From the NCBI GenBank assembly GCA_012511485.1, contig JAAZFZ010000111.1, positions 1 through 33,503 on the forward strand: a DNA stretch of 33,503 nucleotides. The letters are read 5' to 3'. Made by a program: the position numbers and the translations under genes. Of the stretch, positions 1 to 8,693 are shown piece after piece. Within the stretch, counting starts at the first letter, position 1. Every line of letters begins with the position of its first letter. A model generated the notes under the pieces. The model had not been told where the DNA came from. It did no database searches and saw only the letters and a list, made by a program, of their open reading frames with translations. The DNA comes from Clostridiales bacterium (GTDB lineage Bacteria; Bacillota; Clostridia; Oscillospirales; Acutalibacteraceae).

Positions 1-3000
1 ATGGTGATAACCCATAATGCCTGCGTTGTAGACACCTCCACCGATTTCAACATCCGAACCGACATTGCAGCCTGTTATTATCACCTTTACATTGTTTCTT
101 CTGTTGTGCTGCCCGAAAATTCCGGAGGCAGAACTGTTATTTGCGCCATTCGAAACGATTTCAGTGTTGCCCAATACATTACAATTCTCAACAGTCATAT
201 CATTGGCTGCAGATGCTGTTCTGGCTAAAATACCTGCCGCAACTGCCCCTTCAATCCTGGAATCGTACAAATTACAGTTGCGGATTGTGCCCAAAAAGGC
301 ACCTGCAAAACCGCCCGTTATGCCGCCCTGTGTATTAGATGTTGCATTCACATTATTAACAGTAGTATTGCTTATTGAGCAGTTTTTTATAATTGAGGAG
401 GAGGTAACTGTAGCACTGCTCACGAAGCCGCCGGCAAAACCGGTCTGAGCTGTGATGCTGCTATTAGATTCCCCTGTTTTATCAAGGCTGACACCGTTTA
501 TTGTCAGAGTACCGACAGCTGTCGTAAGTGTTTGGGTTAAGCTATATAATGCACCAGCCATGCCTACAAGACCACCAACATATTCAGAACCGTTTACGCT
601 TAAATCATTGATGACCACATCCGGCTCAACAGGGTCCTGATTAGAGGCGGCACCGATTTGAAGTGTGCCGCCAGTGCTCACGAAGCTGCCGACTAACCCG
701 CCGACAAATCTTGAGGTTGGGGCAGAAACTGTTGCACCGTTTATTGTTACACCGCTGATTATGCAATGTGAATTATCAACGCCTATAATACCGGCAAATA
801 TGCCTGCGTTTGTGGTCGTAGCAGTAAGGGTTGCATTTGTGATGCTGATATCTGTAAATGAACAATCGCCTTCCATGTAGCCGACAAATATTGAAGAATA
901 GAGCCCGCTACCTGTTGAGGTGATATTGACAAAGTCAAGGTTTGAAAACGAGCAGCCGTTTCCACTCTGGAAAAACGCCACATTTTCATATGACAGAGGG
1001 TTGCCATAAGCATCATTTTCAGGGACGATATTCAGGTTGCTTATTGTGTATTTGCCCCCGCCGGGCTTTTCATCACCGAAGAAGGAGCCTTGAAATGAAG
1101 CGCGTTCGCTAATAGTTTGATAGGTGCCCATGGCTGTGAATTCATAGCCCTCCATGTCAATATCGCCACGGATAACATAATCCTCCTCGTCAAGAGTTGA
1201 ATCCGCAGCTAACTCCGGATAATTCTCATTGAGGAAAATGAGGTCGTCCCTTGTGGAAATGATATATGCATTCAACTCGAGATCCTTTGAAAGGCCGTTT
1301 AGTATATTTATTCTCGCCTTGAGCCCTGTTTGATTGTGAGTAATTGTGACTGTAGTGTTGACAACATCTCCAAGAGCTGAAAAATTAAACCTCAGAACAC
1401 TGTTGTTTGGCCCTTGAAATACGGTGGAAACATTGGACAGCATTGTGTTATCGTAGTCAATTGTCAGGTCTGAGAGCTGAACATTTTCAAAGTATTCAAT
1501 GCCCTGCGGCATATTAAGAGTAACATAGCTCGAACCGCCCGGTGCAACCGAGCCTGCACTTTCGTTGAAAGCCCACTTGACAAAACCTGTTGTTAACGGA
1601 CTGGTAGGCAACAAGGGCTGGACAGAGGTATCATCACTCTTAAAGCTCCAGTAAACATTCGAAATAACAGCTCCTGAAGCAACTGAGCCGAAAATTAAAT
1701 ATTTGAATAGTAAATCGTTGACTAAGCCCGAAGTGAAGCAGTTTGTAATGCGCGCATTGCTGCCCACCGAGCCTATAAAGCCGCCAATGGCGTTTGGTGT
1801 GCCGGGTATAGCACTAAAGCTCTCGCCTTTGAGCATATCGGATTGAGAGCCGCAATCTTCAATAATGCAGACACCACTTGCCCTTCCGGCAAAGCCGCCT
1901 ACATTTGAGCAGGACTTTCGCTCTATTATTACATCTATATCTGTCATGCAATCAGTCAGATAGCAGTTGCCTTCAATTTCATTGAGAAATGAACCTACTT
2001 CCGTTGCGGAAGTCGTCACCTTCCCGTTTGCAGTAGCATAGAGATTCACGTCGGAGAATGTGGCACTGAATGCCTTTCCGAAAATAGCTGATGATATGTT
2101 ACCGTTGAGAGTGATGTCAAGGTTACAAATATAGCCATATCTTAGGTTAGAGGCACTTGTCTTCCATGCCTCCAAGTCACTCGTATTAGAGTCCCTTTTT
2201 CCGTAAACACCTGAAAAGAGAGTTGATATCACAGTCAGTTCATGTCCGTCACCGTTAAGCGTTCCGCTAAAAGCATAGATAATCCAGCCAGAGGGCACAT
2301 TAATGTCTGCTCCCAGTTTAAAATGAGAGTATCTGGCATGTCTTATCAGGTTAAGCTCATTTGAATTTGAAATAATAATCGGGTTTTCATATGTAAGACC
2401 GGCACCCACCTCGGCGGTTAAAGTCTGCAAAACAGTGACCGTAAGCTGTTGTGAAATGACGGTTTCCTGAGCACCGATATCAGTTGGGAATTCGATATTT
2501 ACATTATAATTCACCTGATTCCATGCACCCGGATATGTTCCGGCGTCAATTTCAAATCCGCTTTGAGTTTGAGTTAAACTCATTCCCGTATCGCTGCTTA
2601 CAAGGGAGTAGCCTGCTATGGTGTCAAAGTCAATGCTTGTATTGCCCCATGTCGGGACAACATCTGTTGTTGACACAGGCACATCAGTGTCTTCAACTGC
2701 CACATTGAGTACGCTGACAGCTCTAGTCATACTATTAGTCAGCAACTGGGAATCGCTATAGGCACAGGGATTGCTCCTGCCGCTTATCTCCGCCGACCAG
2801 TAGCAGTTGGTGAGCACTCCGGATGAACCGTTTCTACCTATAACTGCACCGATATCTCTGGGCAGTGAAGGGAGCGAAACGAGCGCATAACAATTCTCAA
2901 CCACAGTGCCTGAAGAAGCCTGGCCGATTATACCGCCCGTTTGAAGATATGTATAGAATGAACCTATATTTTCATTGCCGACCTTACCCGTGGCAATACA

Positions 3001-4419
3001 TTTTGAAATTGGGCTTGTGGATGAGTTTTTGCCCACAATCCCGCCGTATATATTGAGCAAATTATCTGGCTTATAGTAATACATACCGATATCCAGCGCA
3101 CTGCAGTTTACAACTGAGCCTTCGTTTTCAGCAACAATGCCGCCAAAAACCTTCATGCCATACATATTGTAATGGGAGGCTGTCACGCTCTGGGCATTTG
3201 AGATGCGCCCCTGCACCGTGCAGTAGGACACTGTGCCGGCATTATAACCGGAAATGCCACCAACAACGCCACCCTTAGTGAAGTTATTAGTCACAGGAGT
3301 GCCTGTGCCACACATATCTACGCTGCACTTCGTAATAGTGTAGCCCGAATGGTTGTAGCCGGCTATGGCACCCGAATATGTAGAGGACGACTGGTCGTTA
3401 GTCGGGCTCGAAGGTGTTGAAGTGATTTTTATGCCCGAAATTGAAACATCGCTTATTGTGCCTTTGTTTTGCCCCGTTACACAACCTATATATTTTCTGG
3501 TACCTGTAATACTTATTGTGATATTGCTGGCTGTCACCGGGGTATTTGTACCTCCGATTGTGCCGAGGTTTGAGCCGCAAATAATGCCATATCCGGTCGG
3601 TAGCATATAACCTGAACCTATTTCAACGGATTCCGTAGTAATAGTGTTGTTGCCCGTTACCGTCAAGGAGAGGTTATTAAATTCACAGTTTGAGATTGTG
3701 CCGGCATTTTGAACAGCCAAAACTGCGCTGACAGCATTCTGCATATATGAGGTGGTGAGATTGCAGTTGATAAAACTTACATTATCAATTACCGTGTTCG
3801 AGCTCAGATAACCGAAAATGGCAGTGGTACTTCTGCCCTGGCTGGTTACATCCAAACCGCTGATTGTATAGCCGTCGCCGTCAAGTGAAAAGAATACATT
3901 TGACGGGTAACTGACAGCGTCGGCGGGATTCATTGAAATCAGTGAAGTGAAGCCGTAATAGTCCTTAAAATTGTAATCAGGGTTTAGATTGCCGCTGAAG
4001 GTAATCGGAGACAGGTCGATATCTGCAGTCAATTTAAAATACTTATCGGCTGAAGATGTATTATTGATTATAGACTGCATACCGAGAAAATCATCTAAAG
4101 TGTTAATTTGATACGGATTTTGCTGTGTACCCGTTCCCCCATTATAGTCAATAGTCAGGGATTGAACGGAATGTTTGACACGGCCGCCGCCGGTTATGAC
4201 ATTGACACCGTTACGGTCCAACTCTCCGCCCTCGGTTGTTACTTGAGCGCTTGTAGTCTTTTCGGTTTCTGATGTTGTTTTTTTCTCTTTAACTGCGGAG
4301 GTAGCTGTTGAATTCAAATCCTCCGCAGATACAATTATGGAGCTGATTCCGGTTGAAGACAGCAAAACAGATGCCGTTAACAGCATTACCATTAACCTTT
4401 TGACTATCTTTTTCTTCAT
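1..4419 (-). CDS. Giant secreted cell-surface protein with GLUG-type (parallel beta-helix) repeats; 5' end in window, 3' end runs off the left edge (>=1473 codons)
   Basis: Hand translation of the minus strand from the ATG at 4419 (GGAGG 7 nt upstream) stays open to position 1 (4419 = 3 x 1473). It is not in the ORF track, apparently because it has no stop inside the window. No listed minus-strand ORF shares its frame. N-terminus MKKKIVKRLMVMLLTASVLLSSTGISSIIVSA|ED is a classic type I signal peptide. The body is full of GLUG-like units (VGGLVGSF, YVGGLVGMAG, VGGFAGRASGVCIIEDC, IGGFIGSVGSNARITNC, GGIIGQASSGTVVENCY). There are three module starts of the type NPYxI...L..I...F.L..DID (near 4119, 2391, 1270). 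Confidence 0.8.
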   Translation of the reverse strand, partial: MKKKIVKRLMVMLLTASVLLSSTGISSIIVSAEDLNSTATSAVKEKKTTSETEKTTSAQVTTEGGELDRNGVNVITGGGRVKHSVQSLTIDYNGGTGTQQNPYQINTLDDFLGMQSIINNTSSADKYFKLTADIDLSPITFSGNLNPDYNFKDYYGFTSLISMNPADAVSYPSNVFFSLDGDGYTISGLDVTSQGRSTTAIFGYLSSNTVIDNVSFINCNLTTSYMQNAVSAVLAVQNAGTISNCEFNNLSLTVTGNNTITTESVEIGSGYMLPTGYGIICGSNLGTIGGTNTPVTASNITISITGTRKYIGCVTGQNKGTISDVSISGIKITSTPSSPTNDQSSSTYSGAIAGYNHSGYTITKCSVDMCGTGTPVTNNFTKGGVVGGISGYNAGTVSYCTVQGRISNAQSVTASHYNMYGMKVFGGIVAENEGSVVNCSALDIGMYYYKPDNLLNIYGGIVGKNSSTSPISKCIATGKVGNENIGSFYTYLQTGGIIGQASSGTVVENCYALVSLPSLPRDIGAVIGRNGSSGVLTNCYWSAEISGRSNPCAYSDSQLLTNSMTRAVSVLNVAVEDTDVPVSTTDVVPTWGNTSIDFDTIAGYSLVSSDTGMSLTQTQSGFEIDAGTYPGAWNQVNYNVNIEFPTDIGAQETVISQQLTVTVLQTLTAEVGAGLTYENPIIISNSNELNLIRHARYSHFKLGADINVPSGWIIYAFSGTLNGDGHELTVISTLFSGVYGKRDSNTSDLEAWKTSASNLRYGYICNLDITLNGNISSAIFGKAFSATFSDVNLYATANGKVTTSATEVGSFLNEIEGNCYLTDCMTDIDVIIERKSCSNVGGFAGRASGVCIIEDCGSQSDMLKGESFSAIPGTPNAIGGFIGSVGSNARITNCFTSGLVNDLLFKYLIFGSVASGAVISNVYWSFKSDDTSVQPLLPTSPLTTGFVKWAFNESAGSVAPGGSSYVTLNMPQGIEYFENVQLSDLTIDYDNTMLSNVSTVFQGPNNSVLRFNFSALGDVVNTTVTITHNQTGLKARINILNGLSKDLELNAYIISTRDDLIFLNENYPELAADSTLDEEDYVIRGDIDMEGYEFTAMGTYQTISERASFQGSFFGDEKPGGGKYTISNLNIVPENDAYGNPLSYENVAFFQSGNGCSFSNLDFVNITSTGSGLYSSIFVGYMEGDCSFTDISITNATLTATTTNAGIFAGIIGVDNSHCIISGVTINGATVSAPTSRFVGGLVGSFVSTGGTLQIGAASNQDPVEPDVVINDLSVNGSEYVGGLVGMAGALYSLTQTLTTAVGTLTINGVSLDKTGESNSSITAQTGFAGGFVSSATVTSSSIIKNCSISNTTVNNVNATSNTQGGITGGFAGAFLGTIRNCNLYDSRIEGAVAAGILARTASAANDMTVENCNVLGNTEIVSNGANNSSASGIFGQHNRRNNVKVIITGCNVGSDVEIGGGVYNAGIMGYHH

Positions 4420-4503
4420 TTTGCTACCTCCGGCGAAATAATGTATGTAAAGTATATAAGCTTTACGGATTATTATTGCAGGTTGAGTTTAAATATTGCT
4501 GTT

Positions 4504-6279
4504 TTACCCCACATCATTTGAACTCTTTTTATCCTGCTCTGCTTTTATTTTAGCTATGCGCTCTCTTTCGCGCTGACGCTGCTTTGCCTTTGCAGCTCTT
4601 TCTTTTTCAAGCTGTGCGGCCTTTAGTCTATCAAGGCGTTCCTTTTCACGCTGTTTTGCCTTTGCAGCCCTCTCTTTTTCAAGCTGTGCGGCCTTTTCTC
4701 TGGCAAGGCGTTCCTTTTCACGCTGTTTTGCCTTTGCAGCCCTTTCTTTTTCAAGCTGTGCGGCCTTCTGTCTTTCTATGCGTTCCTTTTCACGCTGCTT
4801 TGCCTTTGCAGCTTTTTCTTCCTCGAGAGCCCTGAGCTTCTCTGCACGCTCTTTTTCCCTTTGAAGCCTTGCTTTCTCTTTGGCTTTTGCAAGCTTCTCT
4901 GCTTCTATTGCCTTCTGCTTCGCTATGCGTGCTCTCTCTCTCTCTTTTGCCGCCTTTTCTTTTGCAAGAGCTTTTTCTTTCTCTTGCTTTGCCTTGAGAG
5001 CGGCCTTCTGTTTTGCTATGCGCTCTTTTTCACGAGCTTTTTCACGGGCAATTCTTGCAGCCTCACGCTCTTTTTTGCGTTTCTCAATTTCTTTCTTACG
5101 CTGAATTTCAGCCTTAATACGAGCTTCAATCGCTGCCTTGCGCGCTTTTTCAGATTCGAGTGCTCTGTTAATTGCAGCCTTAATTCTCTCCTCGCCTGCA
5201 ATTTTCTTCTTGCTTGCTCGCTTAACTTCATCCAGGAAAATTCGCCTGATTTCGACCTCTTCAAGATCATAATCAATCACAAACTCTTCGGCAAGGCGTT
5301 TGAGAATTTTGGGCTTGATTTTGCGCTGCTTGACCTTGCCTTTTATTAACTCCGGATGCAGAGAATTATTTTTAAGCAACATATAATTGACCGCAACCTG
5401 CTTATAAAGCTCGTCACGGGTTTCGTCGGTTACCATTTCATTGCTCTCTTTTGAGACAATTTCATAGCCGACTTCATCATAGGCTGAAATGAACTGCCAA
5501 AGATTAAGGCAAGCCTTGAAGTTCGGATCCTTGCTGATAATATTTGTCCTCATAATGGGAGGGCGCACGGGAGTACATCCGTGTAGCTCATTAATAAATG
5601 AGGAACGCGCAAATTCATTAACAATGCCTTTAATTCTCTCAATTCTCTGAAATGCCGATGCCTGCTTTGTATCTTTAACACTTGAATCAATCTTTTCTTT
5701 TTCCTGTGAGGACTGTGTTGAAATCTCGAGCTTATATGAAATTTTTTCCCTTCCGTTTGCAATATCGCTTTCCATTTTCAGCGATGTCATATTCTCGTTA
5801 TCGGAAAGGCCGAAAAGAACATTATAGCGAGCATCAATGAACCGTTGAAGATTCATCATTAGTGTATAGATAAAACGATTTTCGTATATTTCATAGCTTT
5901 CTTCACGGAATACATTTAGAATCTGGCTGGGAGTAACTCTGTCATCATCGACCCTTGCTATCAAATTTGTATGCTGCGCGAGGTGACGCACCGACTCTGC
6001 GGTTATCTTTCTAGCGCGCTCGATAGGAACTATTTCTTCCTCCTGAACGATAAACTTGCGGGGATTCCTTATTATCGTATCTAAGGGAATAATACATTCT
6101 TCAATTGCATCTACCCAACGCAAATCAATGTTCTTTTCAAAATACTTGCTGAACAATGATAATCTATTATTCCCGCGTTCGGTAACATCAAGGATGTGCT
6201 CATAAAAGTCATTACCTTCCATGAGGGACGATATGCTCTCTTTATATTCGTTATATAAATCCTTGTATGATTTTTCCAT
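4504..6279 (-). CDS. McrC/DUF2357-like N-terminal domain protein without a recognisable nuclease domain, carrying a ~230-aa C-terminal E/R/K/A-rich helix
   Basis: 591-aa ORF, GGAAGGGA RBS, starts 34 nt after the McrB-like gene. N-terminal ~330 aa contain RKFIVQEEEIVPIERARKITAESVRHLAQH ... ESYEIYENRFIYTLMMNL, which resembles the McrC N-domain/DUF2357 pattern as I remember it. Residues ~355-585 are almost only E/K/R/A/Q. No PD-(D/E)xK-like motif found by eye. Confidence 0.85.
   Translation of the reverse strand: MEKSYKDLYNEYKESISSLMEGNDFYEHILDVTERGNNRLSLFSKYFEKNIDLRWVDAIEECIIPLDTIIRNPRKFIVQEEEIVPIERARKITAESVRHLAQHTNLIARVDDDRVTPSQILNVFREESYEIYENRFIYTLMMNLQRFIDARYNVLFGLSDNENMTSLKMESDIANGREKISYKLEISTQSSQEKEKIDSSVKDTKQASAFQRIERIKGIVNEFARSSFINELHGCTPVRPPIMRTNIISKDPNFKACLNLWQFISAYDEVGYEIVSKESNEMVTDETRDELYKQVAVNYMLLKNNSLHPELIKGKVKQRKIKPKILKRLAEEFVIDYDLEEVEIRRIFLDEVKRASKKKIAGEERIKAAINRALESEKARKAAIEARIKAEIQRKKEIEKRKKEREAARIAREKAREKERIAKQKAALKAKQEKEKALAKEKAAKERERARIAKQKAIEAEKLAKAKEKARLQREKERAEKLRALEEEKAAKAKQREKERIERQKAAQLEKERAAKAKQREKERLAREKAAQLEKERAAKAKQREKERLDRLKAAQLEKERAAKAKQRQRERERIAKIKAEQDKKSSNDVG
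4570..4830. repeat. About 3.5 tandem copies of a 72-bp (24-codon) unit inside the E/R/K tail coding region
   Basis: The string tttgcctttgcagc recurs at 4583, 4655, 4727 and 4799 (exact 72-nt period). The encoded unit is AAQLEKERAAKAKQREKERLxRxK. Confidence 0.85.
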
Positions 6280-6313
6280 GTATATAGTCCCTTCCTTCGA
6301 TTGTAGGCATTAT

Positions 6314-7864
6314 TTAGATAAGCTTCTGGAGTCTTTCAAGATAATCCTTGGACTCTTTCATATTCGATTTGCCAAAGTTCTTATTAAGATATGTAATCAA
6401 ACCGCCGATTTCATCACGGATGAATGAAAGGTTGAGTGACTCAAATTTACGCAGAATCTTGTGGCAAAGCAAAAAGTCAAGTCCGTCAATTTCAGTGCCG
6501 CCGCAGCCTACATATGAGGGTATGAAATCGGTTAGCTGCTTTACAATACGGTTACCGAACGCCAAACGGAAATGTTCGATAACATAGTCATCAAGCTCGG
6601 CAAGCTTTCTTAGGCTTTCTTCGGAAACCTTGTATTTGACCTTTGACTCTCTGAACATCTCTTCAAGATGCTTATAGTTGAGTGATAAATTTTCAGTCCA
6701 CGGGGCGTCGAAATACTTACCCTTTGAGTTAATGTCTATCGGAATGGCACGGTCATAAACCTTATCGGTAACTGCGAATGTCGAGTCATCGTTATTGATT
6801 GTGCCGACATACCACATATTTTCGGTAAGTCGGAGCTTGCCGTCAAACGAATGCTTAGGGCCAGTAGGCCAAACAGAGGGTACAAGGCTGTCAACCCACG
6901 CATCACGACTTGGCATTTCAAGAATTGAAAGCATTTCAGCAAAGTAATACTCAACACGGGCGATGTTCATTTCATCAAGGATTGTAACGAAAATATCCTC
7001 TTTATATGTAGCTTCATACATCTTTTTAAGAACTTCCGTTTCATTGAAGCGTTTTGTAAATTCATTGAAGTAACCGAAAAGCTCGGTGCGGTCACGCCAG
7101 GAAGGCTGGACTGATGCAATAGTGGCGTCGTTTTTGAGGAATTTACCAAATGCATAAGGAAGCGAAGTTTTACCGGTACCGGAAATACCCTGAAGGATAA
7201 TGAGCCTTGTTGTGGAAAAGGCGGCCAGGAACAGGCGTATGATTTTATGGTCGTAATACAGCCCCATCCTTGAGCTCGCATAGTTGCGGAACATATCAAC
7301 GATTTCAGGCAATGTAATATCGTTGTTGTAATCGGGCGGCTCATAGTTCTCAAGGGCAAGGTCAACCTGGGTCAGCTTATAGAAACGGCTGAAATCCTCA
7401 TTGGTCGCATCCGTATCTGCGCCCTCGCCTTCCTCTTCGCCCTCCTGAGTCTCATCGATGAACGGGCTTTCACCCGGCCGAAGGCCGAGCTGTGAAACCT
7501 TCATAGCAAGGATTTTCTCCTTCTCGGTTGTGAGCTTTATTACCTCTCTGTTAAGAGTAGCAACTTCGTTAAGAAGTTCTTCCTGGTCTACAACTGTTTT
7601 GTGGAACCTGACATACTTCTTGATAAGAAGAACAATAAGCCAGATTATGCCAGCCAGAACAGCTAAAACAATAATAATGGATAGAATTGCCAAAATCCAT
7701 GTTCCTGCTGAGAATTCGTCTTTCCATTGACTAAAGACATCAATATATTTCGGGATGTTAAAGATATTTTTGATTCCCACACCGATACCTTTAATTATTC
7801 CCCATATGCCCTCAACAAAAAACTGGCTCAAAAAATCTTCCAAGAACTTAATTAGAGCTCCCAT
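6314..7864 (-). CDS. Membrane-anchored McrB-family AAA+ GTPase (AAA_5-like)
   Basis: 516 aa. Strongly hydrophobic helix TWILAILSIIIVLAVLAGIIWLIVLLI followed by KKYVRFHK, then a coiled-coil-like segment and the acidic linker EEGEEEGEGADTD. Walker A GISGTGKTS (7163-7189) and Walker B/McrB signature ILDEMNIARVEYYFAEMLSILE. VGTINNDDSTFAVTDKVYDRA corresponds to the McrB GTMNTADRS...RRF block (NxxD). Confidence 0.85.
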   Translation of the reverse strand: MGALIKFLEDFLSQFFVEGIWGIIKGIGVGIKNIFNIPKYIDVFSQWKDEFSAGTWILAILSIIIVLAVLAGIIWLIVLLIKKYVRFHKTVVDQEELLNEVATLNREVIKLTTEKEKILAMKVSQLGLRPGESPFIDETQEGEEEGEGADTDATNEDFSRFYKLTQVDLALENYEPPDYNNDITLPEIVDMFRNYASSRMGLYYDHKIIRLFLAAFSTTRLIILQGISGTGKTSLPYAFGKFLKNDATIASVQPSWRDRTELFGYFNEFTKRFNETEVLKKMYEATYKEDIFVTILDEMNIARVEYYFAEMLSILEMPSRDAWVDSLVPSVWPTGPKHSFDGKLRLTENMWYVGTINNDDSTFAVTDKVYDRAIPIDINSKGKYFDAPWTENLSLNYKHLEEMFRESKVKYKVSEESLRKLAELDDYVIEHFRLAFGNRIVKQLTDFIPSYVGCGGTEIDGLDFLLCHKILRKFESLNLSFIRDEIGGLITYLNKNFGKSNMKESKDYLERLQKLI

Positions 7865-7940
7865 ACTTAGTCCACCTTCTCAATTTGTTTTTGTAATAAT
7901 ATTGCTATAGTTAACACTAATAAATCCTTAACAGCAACCG

Positions 7941-8693
7941 TTATCCGCCGTTATCTTCAAACGATGTACCTGTCTTCTCCTGCCCGGTTTCTTCTTGCGC
8001 CGGGACTGTCTGCGGTTGTGAATCCGCATTCTGCAGCTTTTGCTGCTGAGCAAGATATTCGGCAATCACCCTATCCTTTTCTTCCTCTGTTTTGGATGCA
8101 ATCTCCTCGAGCGCTCTTTCTTTTTTGCTTTCAATTAATGTAATTATGAATTTATATAGCTGAAAGGCAAACAGTAGTGCAAGCGGAACAACAATGCAGA
8201 CCAAAAAGCCTTTCGGAGAGCTTAGAAAATCCAAAACCATGCCGAGGTTGCTGATTTTTTTGCCTGTCCATAGGCCGACAATATAGTCGGGTGACAGCTC
8301 GTCAACATCTGACTCTTTATTATGGTCGCCTCGAGTAACATAGGTAATTACTGTTTGATTATAAATTTCAAATCGTGTTTCCTTTTTTTCGATAATTCTG
8401 TGAGTGTTGAGAAATCTGCTTTTATTGTCCGGCGAGTATTTCCAGAAGGTGACAACATCACCCTTTTTTAGGGTTTCGGGGTTGCAGTCCATATCAATAA
8501 TGAGGTCGCCCTTCTCAAATACGCCGGACATTGAATCGGACTGAACAGAAAGAAATGAATACCCGAACAGCTTGGGCACTCCGCTATCCCTCGAGGAAAA
8601 CGCCATAACAGTAACGGCAACCGAAAAAATAATTATTATGAAAATTGCAATGTCTCCAAGTACACTTAACGCCTTTCTTGCTTTGTCATTCAT
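7941..8693 (-). CDS. sipW: Signal peptidase I, SipW/ER-archaeal type, with extra C-terminal TM helix and acidic tail
   Basis: N-terminal TM, SVQSDSMSGVFEKGD (catalytic Ser box), GDVV, and LNTHRIIEK (His box typical of SipW-type Ser/His peptidases). Lies next to a protein with a SipW-cognate signal peptide. Confidence 0.85.
   Translation of the reverse strand: MNDKARKALSVLGDIAIFIIIIFSVAVTVMAFSSRDSGVPKLFGYSFLSVQSDSMSGVFEKGDLIIDMDCNPETLKKGDVVTFWKYSPDNKSRFLNTHRIIEKKETRFEIYNQTVITYVTRGDHNKESDVDELSPDYIVGLWTGKKISNLGMVLDFLSSPKGFLVCIVVPLALLFAFQLYKFIITLIESKKERALEEIASKTEEEKDRVIAEYLAQQQKLQNADSQPQTVPAQEETGQEKTGTSFEDNGG

Noticed and set aside
1-4400. Plus-strand ORFs in the track (1..228, 65..448, 141..338, 452..640, 665..880, 2484..2708, 2865..3056, 3365..3610) and minus-strand ORFs 783..1016 and 3398..3580
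   Set aside because: All lie inside, and out of frame with, the long minus-strand ORF 1..4419. Their products are low-complexity with no RBS or motifs, so they are frame shadows.
4584-5349. ORFs 4584..4835(+), 4861..5349(+), 4880..5104(+), 5016..5276(-)
   Set aside because: These are alternative-frame and antisense readings of the repetitive E/R/K coding region. Their periodic Leu/Phe/Pro-rich products simply mirror the 72-bp repeat.
5400-5600. Search for a PD-(D/E)xK nuclease motif in residues ~230-350 of the McrC-like protein (for example AYDEVGYEIVSKES)
   Set aside because: The spacing and flanking hydrophobic strands do not fit D...(D/E)xK. I treat the protein as nuclease-less, but only a profile or structure search can settle it.
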